Of a stretch of 64,000 nt of DNA, positions 1-12,273 are shown one piece after another (the stretch's first letter is position 1; every line of letters starts with the position of its first letter). The notes beneath the pieces were generated by a model that was not told the origin of the DNA, did not search any database, and saw nothing but the letters and a program-made list of their open reading frames with translations. The stretch is from contig CM120640.1 of NCBI GenBank assembly GCA_051362555.1, forward strand, positions 61,482,788 to 61,546,787. The letters run 5' to 3'. The position numbers and the translations under genes are program-made. Origin of the DNA: Lingula anatina (lineage: Eukaryota > Animalia > Brachiopoda).

Positions 1-2843
1 TGACATTTTATTTATTTTGAAGTTTAAACTTCTACAGCTGATTCATTCATTTTACCTTAAGCCTGGCCAAGGTGGCCCAGGCTTTGAACCTGTCTCCTCT
101 TGTTTGTATTGCTTACAAGGTCCTCTTTTACAATTTTTAAAACAGCCAAAAAGGGCTTGCTAAATGGTGCAGGAATATATAGGATCTGAAACAGTAAGAA
201 AAATGCATAAAATATACACAGATATAAAAAAGCAAAGAAATGTAGCCAGCCAAGGCCCCTGATCACCAAACACTGGAGGATCTTTCTCATAACAACTTTA
301 TCCAATTTTTTTTCAATTTGTATCAGAACGTAGTGATTTAGATTCCTTTAGGGAAGTTTTGCATTTTGTAAATGAATGGACTTCTGACGAACTATCATTA
401 CATGATAAAGATTGTGCTAATCAAGGCTTTTCCCAGAATTGGGGTACAGGTCATCAAAATTTGCCATGTGTAATTTCCTTCAAAATTTCAGGGTGTCCAA
501 CTTTTCCAAGTGCTGTGAGCGGAGGGGGGGGGGATAAATAAAACGAAAAAAAATTTAAATAATAAATTTCAAGGGGGAGGGAGGGTAAAAATAATCAATA
601 ACAAGCTCCTGCTGATGCTCTTCTGAAAATGAACTCCCTTGAACAAATATGAAAATTGCCTTCTTGTCTCACTCAGATCGCGAATGATCTCCGTCTGGAA
701 AAGCCCATGTGCTAATATAAACAGGCTCTCATATGTGTTTAAAAAAGGCACAAGACAATGGTCTGTACCTCCAAATTTACAGTTCCAATACTCATTTCCT
801 TCTTAATTGATATCAGAAATATGTTACCAAGAAGATTAACTCTCAATAAAAATGTCAATATCATTAGAAGACAGTTAAATGGCAATAAATATTCTGTCAC
901 ACTGTAGCTGTAAATAATGGATTTTTTGTCATTTTTTTCTCTAGGTTTTAACCTTAAAATGATGACTAGTTTCTTTAGCATAAGATCAGCCCACATTTTT
1001 TCTTTTCAAAAAGGCAGAGAAAAGGTGGCGTGTAACCTTCATGCTCTACTGATCAACTGCAGTCCTGATGGAGCTTTTGATAATAATGCAGAATTTTCTT
1101 CATTCCATTTTTGAACCTGTGCTCACTGATATTAATATCAATACCCTTTTTACTATGTGGTTTTTATGACTAAGTAATTCTTTAACTTAGAAATTTAATT
1201 CATGGAATATAATAATGGATTTGTGTTTTATCTAAAAAATAAAAATAATAAAACATTGGTACAGCATACTATATACTATCTAAAAAAAATAAAACATTGG
1301 CACAATATACTCAATGAATGATACGTTCATCAAAACAGAATATTCTTGCTCTGATCAATAATGGAAGGCCCATTGGAGGAAATTTTTTTACTGATTATAG
1401 AACAATGCAAATTTCTAGATAACTCCCTCAATCATCCATCAAGATGTTTCAGTATATAACTTGCCTTCATATAGATCTAAAAATTAAAGAGCAATTGAAA
1501 AATTTGAAAACTAATTATTTCACCCAACTGCCTTGAATTAATTCAAAGACAAATGGATCATAGCACAATTTCTTAACAATTGTTTTTATAAAACATTCAA
1601 CATGGCTAATGGGAGAATGTCACAGGTATGATAATTTCCACTGTACATAATTAAAACAAGGCATTCAAAGGAAACTGGTGAAGAACATTTTTTTTTTTAA
1701 TTTTGACATTAATAAATAAATCAAATATCTAGGATACCAATGCTGATCAAATACATTCTATTATCCAGCAATAACTGTTGGGCATGAAAACATCTCGTGC
1801 CAGCCACTTGGAATACAATTTATAATGAAAAAGATTTTTTCAGCCTGTTTAATCATCAATATGTTTATAATTTGATTTCTCACCAATAATCTCTCATAGG
1901 ATTACACCTGAGTCACTATAGCATGAAAATTCATGTGTTAGCACTCCTATTGACGCTTCTGAAATACACAGACTATGCTGACTGCGGTTACTGATGATTG
2001 AAAACCTTGCATCATGACCTGAGTAGATTTGACCTGGTTTTCATCTGTTTTTACAGGGTGTATGATTTTATGATGGTCAAACTGGTAGAGAGCCAGATGG
2101 ACATTAGCAAAGTTACAGATCTGTTGATAGGAAAACAGAGTGGCTTCACAAGAATGTGTGAGATGATAGGTAAACATAAAAATTTGAGAACTGCTGCACG
2201 GCAGTTAGTTCGGCAACTGGTCCTCATTTCCCACTTTTTGTGGCCATTGCTTTCATGTGTTAGCACAGTCAGTATATATCATAACAAACATAACAGGAGT
2301 GTTTATGCATGAATTTTCCAGCTAGAGTCACTATTGCTATCCAATGCTGCAAGTGATTCCACAAGGTAAATTCTATTTAGAAAAACCTCACCAAAGGTGA
2401 TGAAGTAGCTCACAACTGACTTATCATGTATCACATTATCCAAAACGTGTTTCACGTGTAGTAAAGTTTATATTTAAAGGAAGCAAAGTAATCAGATAAA
2501 GAAAAACAGCACAAGAGAGACAGATTTAGTAAAACTCCTTCATACATTTCAATATCCCTTCATTTTGAACGTCACTTGACTATTTTCTTTAAGTTGAACC
2601 TAATGTTTCCACTGAATATGACTGTATGTTATTAAAATTTTCAATCTGATGTTATCACTAGCGAAATATCACTATTTATATAATAGTCAACTGACTACTA
2701 GTAGGTGTCTAATCTACGTGGGCATCAACAAAACCTTAACAACAGCAGGTGGGGAAATCTCAACTGAATTAGTAATCATTCTCCCTTCATTACAACTGAG
2801 GAGTAACAAGCAGGTATTTAAATGATACTTATAACAAACTTAC

Positions 2844-3270
2844 CCGTTTTTGTTACGGATTTACAAGCATTTTGACAAAGAGGAACTTCTTTCAAACTTT
2901 TAGCTTTGAAACGCACCACTGAGCAGCTGTGAAATGACTAGTAATAAAAGGTGACGCTGTTACACAAGACAAGCCAATGTTTTTCCGCGATGCTCCTGTT
3001 GCCCCCTCTAGTGGTGGGGGCATTTACACTTGAAGGAAGAGAAATACGGACTGGGACCAAGGGAATAGCTCCAACTGTCCGAGGGGTTGGGATTTGGTAA
3101 TAGCAGATGTAACTTTTATTTTTTTTGCTCTATTTTTTGTTTTTTGCAACCAACAATTAAAAGCACGAATTAGAACGCAACAGTAATATGTGGAATTTGG
3201 AAACTTGCAGATTTCACACGTGACAGTGCCAAAAGGAGGTTCCATCGTTTGTCCGACTCCGACCGAATAC
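2844..3270. promoter_or_regulatory. Putative (possibly bidirectional) promoter region upstream of UFSP1, with a CTCF-like motif (3001-3014) and an E-box
   Basis: CpG-richer than its flanks. GCCCCCTCTAGTGG (reverse complement CCACTAGAGGGGGC) resembles the CTCF core. CACGTG occurs near 3217. A minus-strand donor-like GG|GTAAGT lies at about 2844. Confidence 0.35.
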
Positions 3271-3338
3271 GTATATATTTCTTACACGTCTTGTTTATAC
3301 TTGTCGAACAAAATTCAGCTGAAATGATGTGTTTTCAT

Positions 3339-6178
3339 TTTTATGTACAGACACAGATGTGTCTGTACATATTGCCATCACCTGCGTCTGTCGTCGCCGT
3401 CGCCGATGGCGATGCCGATGCCGATGCCGTCGCCGTGCACTTTCCTTGTAAACACGATAAGTGGAAGGCAGTTTTACTTTTTGGCTTTATATTTACAGAG
3501 CTGATGAATATTCATAAAACGCAGGTCAAGTTCGAAAATCAGCATGATCGGGCCATTATTGTAGAAGTTATGCTGTTTTTTCACTTTTCAGCATATATGC
3601 AACCTTGTAAACACATTTTAAGGAAAACCGTTAGGCCTGTTGTCATGAAACTCACAGGAGTAATCAATCTTACTAAAACGCAGGTCAAGTTCGAAAATCA
3701 GCATGATCGGGCCACTATTTTAGTAGTTATGCGTTTTTTTCATTGTTCAGCATATATGCAACACTGTAAACACAATATAAGAAAAACAGTAAGCCCAATT
3801 GTCATTAAACTCACAGGAATGGTCAGTCTTACTAAAACGCAGGTTGAGTTCGAAAATCAGCATAATCGGGGCATTATTTTAGAAGTTATGCTGTTTTTTC
3901 ACATTTCCTCAGATTTCCTCAGATTTAATTCTTAGGCATGTTAATAGCCTTATTATTTAAGTAATAAGATACGTAAAAGTGTTTGTTTGACATTTCCTGC
4001 ATCTTTACAACATTGTTAGTTGATTATGTAAAAATGATGGTAAACTTGTTATCGTGTATTGTGTAATAAAGTGTCAAAAATGGAAATAAACTCATATCAT
4101 TGCAGTTTGTCGGATTCAATCATTCACTATGTTCAGAATCTCAGAATGGAAGAAATTGGACATTTAACACTGTTCTATTGATATTTTTCCCATCTCATCA
4201 ATTTTCTTAGTTGATCTTATAAAAATGGCAGTAACCTATTAATTTTGTTTTATGTTAAAAAGGTGTTAAAAATGGAAATAAACCCATTTCAGAACAGTGC
4301 AGTCTTGTTTACATTTTGGCATTTTTAAGGTGTGACTTTGAAGTTCCATCGGCCTAAAAACCTTTGTTAGTCACGTTTACTATTTGTCCATGATACTAAT
4401 ATTTTATTATTAAAAATTGATGATCATTATGCTGTTAAACATTATGTAATATTGCATCAAAATTTGAAAAAAACCTATTTTGGGCACTGCTCCCATGATG
4501 ACCATTTAAGAAAAACCATGTCACTTACTGTTCTCAAACAGTACAGTTTATATGTACAGATGTGTCTGTACATATTGCCATCACCTGCGTCTGTCGTCGC
4601 CGTCGTTGCCGTCACTGTTGCTGTCCCCGGCGCCATGCACTTTCATTGTAAACACGATAAGTGGAAGGCAGTTTTACTTTTTGGCTGTATATTTACAGAG
4701 CTGATGAATATTCATAAAATGCAGGTCAAGTTCGAAAATCGGCATGATCGGGCCACTATTTTAGTAGTTATGCTTTTTTTTTCACTTTTCAGCATATATG
4801 CAACACTGTAAACACAATATAAGAAAAAACAGATAGGCCAATTGTCATTAAACTCACAGGAGTGGTCATTCCTGCTAAAACGCAGGTTGAGTTCAAAAAT
4901 CAGCATAATCGGGCCATTATTTTAAAGAAATGCAGTTTTCTCACATTTCCTCAGATTTAATTCTTAGGTTTGTAAACAGTTTCATTATTGAACTAATAAG
5001 ATACGTAAAAGTGTTTGTTTGGCATTTCCTGCAATTTTACAACATTATTAGTTGATTATGTAAAAATGATGGTAAACTTGTTATCGTGTATTGTGTAATA
5101 AAGTTTCAAAAATGGAAATAAACTCATATCATTGCAGTTTGTCAGATTCAATCATTCACTATGTTCAGAATCTCAGAATGGAAGAGATTGGACATTTAAC
5201 ACTGCTCTGTTGATATTTTTCCCATCTCATCAATTTTCTTAGTTTATCATATAAAAACGGCAGAAAACTGTTAATTTTGTTTTATGTTAAAAATTGTTAA
5301 AAATGGAAATAAACCCATTTCAGAACAGTGCAGTCTTGTTTACATTTTGGCATTTTTAAGGTGTGACTTTGAAGTTCCATGGGCCTGAAGACCTTTGCTA
5401 GTCACATTTTCTGAATATCCATAATATTAATATTTTATTATTAAAGTTGATGGTCATTATGCTGTTAAACATTATGTAATATTGCATCAAAATTTGAAAA
5501 AAAAAACTATTTTGGGCACTGCTCCCATGATGACCATTTAAGAAAAACCATGTCATTTACTGTTCTCAAACTTACAGGAAAGTAACATGGGACTAAAATA
5601 CAGCTTCAGTAGGAAATACAGTCTGTTTGGTAATTCTTGCTGCCAGTTAAACAGTTATTTTGTGAAAATTTAATTTTTCACATATTGGCATTTTCAAGGT
5701 GTGACTTTGAAGTTCCACGGGCTTGAAGACCCATGCTAGTCACATTTTCTGAAAATCCATGATACGTATATTTTATTATTAAAAATTGACGGTCATTATT
5801 CTGTTAACCATTATGTAATATGGCATCAGAATAGAAGAAAACACAATTTTGGGTGCTGCTGCCATGATGACCATTATGGGAAAACCATGTTACTTATGAT
5901 TGCCAAACTTTCAAAAAAGAAATACAGGACTAAAATGCAGTCTGAGTTGGAAAAGCAGTCTAAGGAACTTCTTTTTCTGGAAGTTATACATTTTCAAAAT
6001 GTAAACTTGTCACATATTTTAATTACATTGGTATTAATTGTTGAGGATAATTAAAATTTGATGTTGAATTTGCAGTTTAACATAATGTATTTTTGCATCA
6101 GAATTGACAGTAGCCTATTTTGTGCATAGTTATTTCCTGTTTTTTGTCTGTACATTTGACAGCTTTGCTGCCTTGTTT
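3339..6178 (+). mobile_element. Non-autonomous Helentron-type element (HINE/DINE-1-like); tandem or nested double copy with a second head at about 4548
   Basis: 5' hairpin ATGTACAGACACA-GA-TGTGTCTGTACAT, then a GTCGTCGCC microsatellite and ~160-bp internal repeats. The 3' end has subTIR TGTCTGTACAT followed by the short stem-loop CAGC-TTT-GCTG. Flanks are T-rich with no TSD. The same ends recur at 11349, 30138 and 37820. Confidence 0.75.
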
Positions 6179-6310
6179 AGATATTAGTGCTTTTAAAACG
6201 ATATGTACTATATACAATCATGCTTTTCTTTATTTTTTTCTAGAGCATAAAAAGCAGTCGTCCAATCATTGAGAATATTTATTGACATTTACTGATACGG
6301 TACCTGTGCA

Positions 6311-7613
6311 ATGACAGACTTGCTGGTTGATGTTCACGAAGACCTTCCCCTACCTCCTGATACAGTCAGTGTCCACTTGATAGAAGGTACATACCAGTAC
6401 TGGCACTACCTGTGTGATGGCGTGGATGACAGGGTGTGTGGTATAGATACATGTATGTTGTTTTCAGTTACATGTAAACAACTTGAAATTATATATATGT
6501 AGTGTCAGCATGTTTGGCTGTTATTGTAGCAAATATCTGAGTTGTTTGTACATTGTTGCTTAACGATAACTAGCCTTGTTGATTATCATGGGATAAAATG
6601 TTTAAATATCTATTAGTAGTTAAGGTATGTTGTTTTCCCACAATTGTGATAAACGTACGTGTGCTAGCAATGATATGTTAATATGGAAGGTAGTTTTTTA
6701 TATTAGTACAGGGTATCATACAAAATTTAAAGCATAACTTTTACATTTTTCAGGGTTGGGGATGCGGCTACAGAACGCTGCAGACATTGTGTTCTTGGAT
6801 TCTCCTTCATGAAAAAAAGCCATCCAAAAGGCCTGTACCCAGCATTCCTGAACTCCAGGAGGCACTAGTTAAAATGCAAGACAAACAGAAGACTTTTCTT
6901 GGTTCTAGAGACTGGATTGGAAGCTTTGAAGTGTCATTATGTTTGGACTATTTTTATGATGTAAATGATGAGATCATTTAAGTTCAAGTTATTTTCAAAA
7001 TTCAAGATTAATTTGATTAAAGTTAGTATATTGCAAAACTATTTGGAAGTTAGTGAATTGATAAATTTAGTCAATTTGTGATTGAAGCTGTAAATAAAGA
7101 GCATGGAATAATGATTAATTTAGTTATTCTAATCATTGCTTAACTGAACCATAACTATTTTGAATATTCCCTTGCTGTAAGAAGATCCATGCATGCCCCT
7201 TTAGTGTAAACAGAAGGCTTTATCTGATGTTCGTTTTTTATCGTTTTCCCTTTCTAGGTACCTGGAAAAATTGTGCACTTTGAGAGTGGAGCAGACCTGC
7301 CAAGTTGTGTAGATCAACTGGTGGACCATTTTACTACCACCAAAGCACCTGTTATGATGGGTAAAATAAATTTTAAATTTCATTTTATCTGAAAGGTACT
7401 TGAGATATTATTGTGATAATGAATAGTACTAGACTTTTCTCCCATTAAGTAATCAGTGAATGTTTTTTTTTTTTTTTTTGGTGAAGTTTTCATTTATCAC
7501 TCATTAGCATTTTCAGTGGCTTTTATTTCCCATGGAACTGAATCACTTGTTAGTTTTTCAGTGCCCATAATACATAATGTAAGAGGGTATTTTAAAGCAA
7601 TACCAGCATGTCT

Positions 7614-7648
<35 letters not shown>

Positions 7649-8542
7649 CATACGAATGCGCTTACTACAGCTGGTGTTACAATACCTGTATACAGTATTG
7701 CCTCTCTGATCCCCTAGTTGAGACTTGTTTAAAGTGTCAAGCATTCAAAATATTCAGTAAATTTGTTTGAATTGAATGTTCTTGTATGGTATTGTATGTG
7801 CCTCTGTTGCAATATTGCTTTTGGGTGTTCACTTGTTTTGCAGCCTTGTGTGTCTTAGTCTCTGTTGAATTATTTGATGGTATTTAGACACAAGTAAGTT
7901 GTACAATTGTCAACTACAGCCAACTGGTTTTGTTTTGAAGGTGGAGACAGTGACAACTCTTCCAAGGGTGTGCTTGGAATCTGTAAAACGACCAATTCAA
8001 CATATTTACTCATATTGGTAAGTTGTTTGCTTTCATAGATAATTATTATACCTATTTAATGGTAAAAAAAGCTGGACTTATGTTCTTTCTTTGTTTTTTA
8101 CCTCTAAGCTTTTAAAAAGTGTTGATTTGTATACCAAAAAAGGGAGAGAGAGAAGCAGTTGCACTTTTATTTCAATTTCTTGAACTACAACATGAAAATA
8201 GAATTGGCAAAACAGTTAAATGTAAATAATAGATGTTTCGTAGGAAAATATTTCTGTAGCATGTTGCAACAAATGATGCTTTGAAATTTTACTGGAGATA
8301 AAACTGCAAGTTGATTTAAAGGGATATTTTTATTACGTGTAGAATGGAATCTGTTTGTTGAATTGTTCCTAGTTATAGGAGTAAAGTTGTATTTTTCACA
8401 GGATCCTCACTGCAGCAAAAGAGGTACAGATAAGGAGGAACTCCAGAGAGAAGGTTGGATTAAGTGGAGACCATTAGAAAGCTTTGTGATGAATTCTTTT
8501 TATAACCTCTGTCTACCTCAGTACAAGGCAAGACCCCCATAA
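6311..8542 (+). CDS. UFSP1: Ufm1-specific protease 1 (peptidase C78), about 216 aa; coding exons 6311-6433, 6754-6960, 7258-7360, 7941-8017, 8402-8542
   Basis: GT-AG introns with matching phases give MTDLLVDVH...[10 protein letters not shown]|[15 protein letters not shown]...WIGSFEV...PVMMG|GDSDNSSKG...YLLIL|DPHC...FYNLCLPQ. The catalytic Cys box and D-P-H are intact. The short length, absence of the UFSP2 N-terminal domain and GCGYRTLQ favour UFSP1. Confidence 0.92.
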
Positions 8543-9239
8543 ATATCATTTTGAGATGTGTGATCAACTAAGAAAGCTGACACTGAGACGTGTCCATAAG
8601 GAAAAGGAGCTCTTATTTCCTTCAGAATGAATTAAGATATATCATGGTGAAGTAATCCATCTACTAAGATGAGAACCTTTAAAAATCACATAAGTGAGTC
8701 TGGTTTGTTTTTCAAGATGAGCTCATATGCTGCATTTTGTTAGATGTCAAACTTTATGAAGTTGGTCTTTTGACAGCTTTTGCTTATTTATTGTTCTTAC
8801 ACATTTTAAGATAAGAAGTGTACATTTTTCATACCTACAACTTCACATTATCACTCTTCTATGCAGAAGACATCCTTTCAATTTTTTATATAACATCTGG
8901 ACGCTCTCTATTTCTTCCTTTTTTCACATAATTTATTTTTGCATTATTTGAAATATTGACAGTGAGAGCACTATATTAACAATATCATATATTTTACTCC
9001 AATTTCTTCAGGACATTGAAGTGCAATATAACTGTTGGTACTTAGGCATCAGTTTTCTTATTAAAGCTTTGTAGAAGTTGCCAAGAACAATGGCCAGAGT
9101 CTGGGCTGACTTCTAAGCTGTAATTGATGTTTGACATTTTTAAACTATTTTTGATTTCCCTTGGGTGAATGAACTCAAGGAGGCTCAATATTACAGTGTT
9201 ATTATCTAAGAACAAGGTGATTGTTTTCCATAAAATAAA

Positions 9240-9475
9240 TACTAACTCTTGGAGATTTTTCAAGCTACCCTCCATGTATTGAGCAGGGGTGAGGCTCTCA
9301 AGCGGCGGTTTTCTATTGCCGAGAGATAGGTTGAACTCGCCAATTTGTACTGATCCTGTACCAGCATCACTGCCATCCCCCTTAAATCTCTGGTGGAACA
9401 TATCAAAGTCACGCACATTGCTGTAGCGTTTGGTGCTGATGCTTCCAGATGAGAAGGGATCAAGGGTACCCTCAC
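9240..9475 (-). pseudogene. DIRS/Ngaro-like gag fragment
   Basis: NRKPPLESLTPAQYMEGSLK resembles the 'KPKLE.ITP.QW..A' segment of metazoan DIRS-group ORF1 proteins. Recognised by eye only. Confidence 0.45.
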
Positions 9476-9520
9476 TTGACTATCCCATTCCTTGAGTATC
9501 CTTCTCTGGGAACCTGAGCT

Positions 9521-9925
9521 TCAGTAGGCTTGCTGCTGCTGCAGTTGTGCTGTTGAAACTGCGAATGAACTTGGGCAGTTACACATGACTGTTTCAAAAC
9601 AAGGCACCAGCTTAGTTTGAGTATCATTACGAGTGTTTGCAGCACTGGCAAAATACGGATGCCCAGTTTCAGCCTTAATGTTACATCCGAGTGCTGAGCT
9701 TCCTGTCTGGTTAAGATGGATTCCATCCCTCTGGAACATATTCCTGCTGCTGCCGTTCCACATATAACACACATTATCTAAGGTGTCGCAGAATTCACAG
9801 ATACAATTATTTGTTGTCATTGCTTTTTTGTTGAAATCCCAGCTGTCCCACCTGGGAAGTATACTGCTGACTATAATCCTGGTGTCCTTGTACTTCCTAC
9901 GCATAGTAAAGACAAGTTCTTGCAT
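9521..9925 (-). pseudogene. SGNH-esterase fragment of the type found in CR1/L2-clade LINE ORF1
   Basis: TRIIVSSILPRWD...MFQRDGIHLNQTGSSALG carries the SGNH block V motif DGxHL. Confidence 0.65.
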
Positions 9926-10007
9926 ATAATCATTGGCTCCTTCTGAAGTTTGTTTCTGTGTTCAAAACAAATACTACATTTGCTCACAATTTCCTCTATT
10001 TGCTTGT

Positions 10008-10410
10008 TCATGCCAGGCCAAACACTAGCTCTCTAACTTGCTGTTTGCATTTGACTATGCCAGCGTGTGAGCTATGTATAATTCTAAGTGTTTCTGCTCT
10101 CAATTCATTGGTTATTACTGTCCGTTCTCCTCGATATACAATGCCATTGTATGTAGACATTTCATCTCTGAAATAACCAATATGATGCAGCAGTTGGCAA
10201 CTCTGACTTCTTGTCTGGTCATCCCACACTGATAACTTGTTTCAAGATTTGAAGATTGGCATCTTTCCATGTTGCTTATACAATGTTTTCATACTTCACA
10301 TTCAAACCTGTTGTATGAGTATCTGTATAGAAAATCATCAATTCATCACCAACTAAATTTTCCACATTTCCACTTAAAGGTAACCTGCTGAAATAATCAG
10401 CTACTCTACA
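10008..10410 (-). pseudogene. Ty3/Gypsy pol fragment (RNase H end to integrase zinc finger)
   Basis: VADYFSRLPL, then YFRDEMSTYNGIVYRGERTVITNELRAETLRIIHSSHAGIVKCKQQVRELVF, broken by stops and frameshifts. Confidence 0.8.
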
Positions 10411-10429
10411 TGGTAATTTACACACCAAA

Positions 10430-10661
10430 TATGTGGCAGCTGGGCAGACTTTTGGCAGTGTGAGTCTTTTCAGGTAAACCTTTGATTTAGCATTTAGGGT
10501 GTCATCATTGCCAACCATTTTGCAGAGTATTGTGGCTCTAGCATAGTCAGTCAGTTTAAAATGTGGCTGATTGTACATTAAACAGGAGAATGATTAATTC
10601 ATCTTCAAAGCCACCTGGATCCCATGATTCTCCAAGTTGTCTAAATGTCAGTTGATATTTT
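10430..10661 (-). pseudogene. C-terminal fragment of a large DNA-transposon protein (Chapaev/CXC-associated-like family)
   Basis: DYARATILCKMVGNDDTLNAKSKVYLKRL resembles the 'AR..L..KMVG.D..L..KSKVDL.RLPPC' segment of this family. Recognised by eye only. Confidence 0.45.
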
Positions 10662-11348
10662 CAGGGCAGTGTTTGACATTCGTTTGAAATAGTACAGGCC
10701 AATTTGGCCAGTGTGCTCTGAAAGTTACTGGCCAAACCGAAAATGCACAAGCCAGACTTTGGCCAGCTTTATTACGAAGTTACTGGCCAAATATTCAAAG
10801 TGCAAGCCATGTGGTAATGACTCATGATGGAGATGTTATCATATGCAAATAAAGAAAAAAATTTTAAAACCTTTTTTAAACCTAGAACTGTGTTTATTCT
10901 TTAGTCTACAGATTTTGCACATTCTAATCTAAATTAAACATAAACTATGTGCATATTTATTTACCCCACTTTACCTAGAGATACTTTGATAAGATTTTAA
11001 ATAAAATTTTCTGTACTTATATTTCTAAAATTTTCTGAACTTGTACTCCATGAACATAATTTGTTTAATGAAATTTATATTTTGTATCTATAAGTTGCAT
11101 CATCACACCAAGAAATTTTCATACAATAGATGCAAGGATTTAAGCTTCATGCTCTTTACTATATATTTGTACATAAATATATATTCTTTGGGGGGAATCG
11201 GCCGGGGGGAAATTGTCCTGATACCGATGAAGAGATAAAAGTCCGTATAAAGATCAATTTTGTCTTAAAAACTGCTCCACATCCTTCATTGTCTTCATCT
11301 GAATCACTATAACAGTCATCAAACCCCTCATCACTGTCACTGCATCCC

Positions 11349-11880
11349 TTTTTATGTACAGACACAGATGTGTCTGTACATATAGCCATCATCTGCGTCT
11401 GTCGTCGCCGTCGTCAGTTAAACTGTCGTCGCCGTCGTCAGTTGGCAGTTAAACAGTTTTTTGTGAAAATTTAATTTTTCACATATTGGCATTTTCAAGG
11501 TGTGACTTTAAAGTTCCATGATCTTGAAGACTTTTGCTTGTCACATTTTCTGAATGTCCATGTTACTAATATTTTATTAATAACATTTGATTGTCATTAT
11601 GCTGTTAAACATTATGTAATGTTGCATCAAAATTTGAAGAAACCCCTATTTTGGGCACTGCTCCTATGATGACCATTTAAGGGAAATCATGTCACTTACT
11701 GTTCTCAAACTTACAGGAAAGAAACATGGGTCTAACATACAGCTTCAATAGGCAACGCAGTCTGTTTGGTAAATTTTTCTGGCAATTTAACAGTTTTTTG
11801 TGAAAATTTAATTTTTCACTTATTTGCATCTTTATTTTCTGTTCTTTGTCTGTACATTTGACAGCTTTGCTGCCTTGTTT
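11349..11880 (+). mobile_element. Short, internally deleted HINE copy with both ends
   Basis: Same 5' hairpin and 3' subTIR plus stem-loop as 3339-6178, inserted in a T-run. Confidence 0.8.
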
Positions 11881-12273
11881 CAATTCTTGGTGTTTTTGGT
11901 TTGGTACCTGCAATTTTTAAGTGTCAAGTTTATTAAAGACTGCCAACACAATCACTGAGTCAGACATAATCAATAACTGGTACATGTGATAAAGAGCTAA
12001 ACATTTAACAACGTTAAAATCAACAATTGGGACAAACAAGTAGACCATTCATATATGGGGTCTTAATAAATATATATATAGAAATACTCGTTTCAAAATA
12101 AATATTAAAATGAGGTTAAATTAAGCACTATTATCATTATTAGAGAACTTGTGATATTCAGGGTGAACTCTGTAAGTCGATCTGACGGAGATGCAGTCGG
12201 TGAACTGCTGAAAACCTAACGAGATTGTTAAAAGATTCAATTGTATCCGAGTTGAAATAAAATTCATTATTTT

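Noticed and set aside
1780-2180. Possible protein kinase pseudogene (SDSGVIL*EII resembles subdomain IX)
   Set aside because: No HRD, DFG or APE motifs were found, so the resemblance is too weak to call.
3249-3935. 228-aa ORF with internal repeats (also 4452-4811 and 30900-31097)
   Set aside because: It is a chance translation of the HINE internal ~160-bp repeats, and the other copies are frameshifted.
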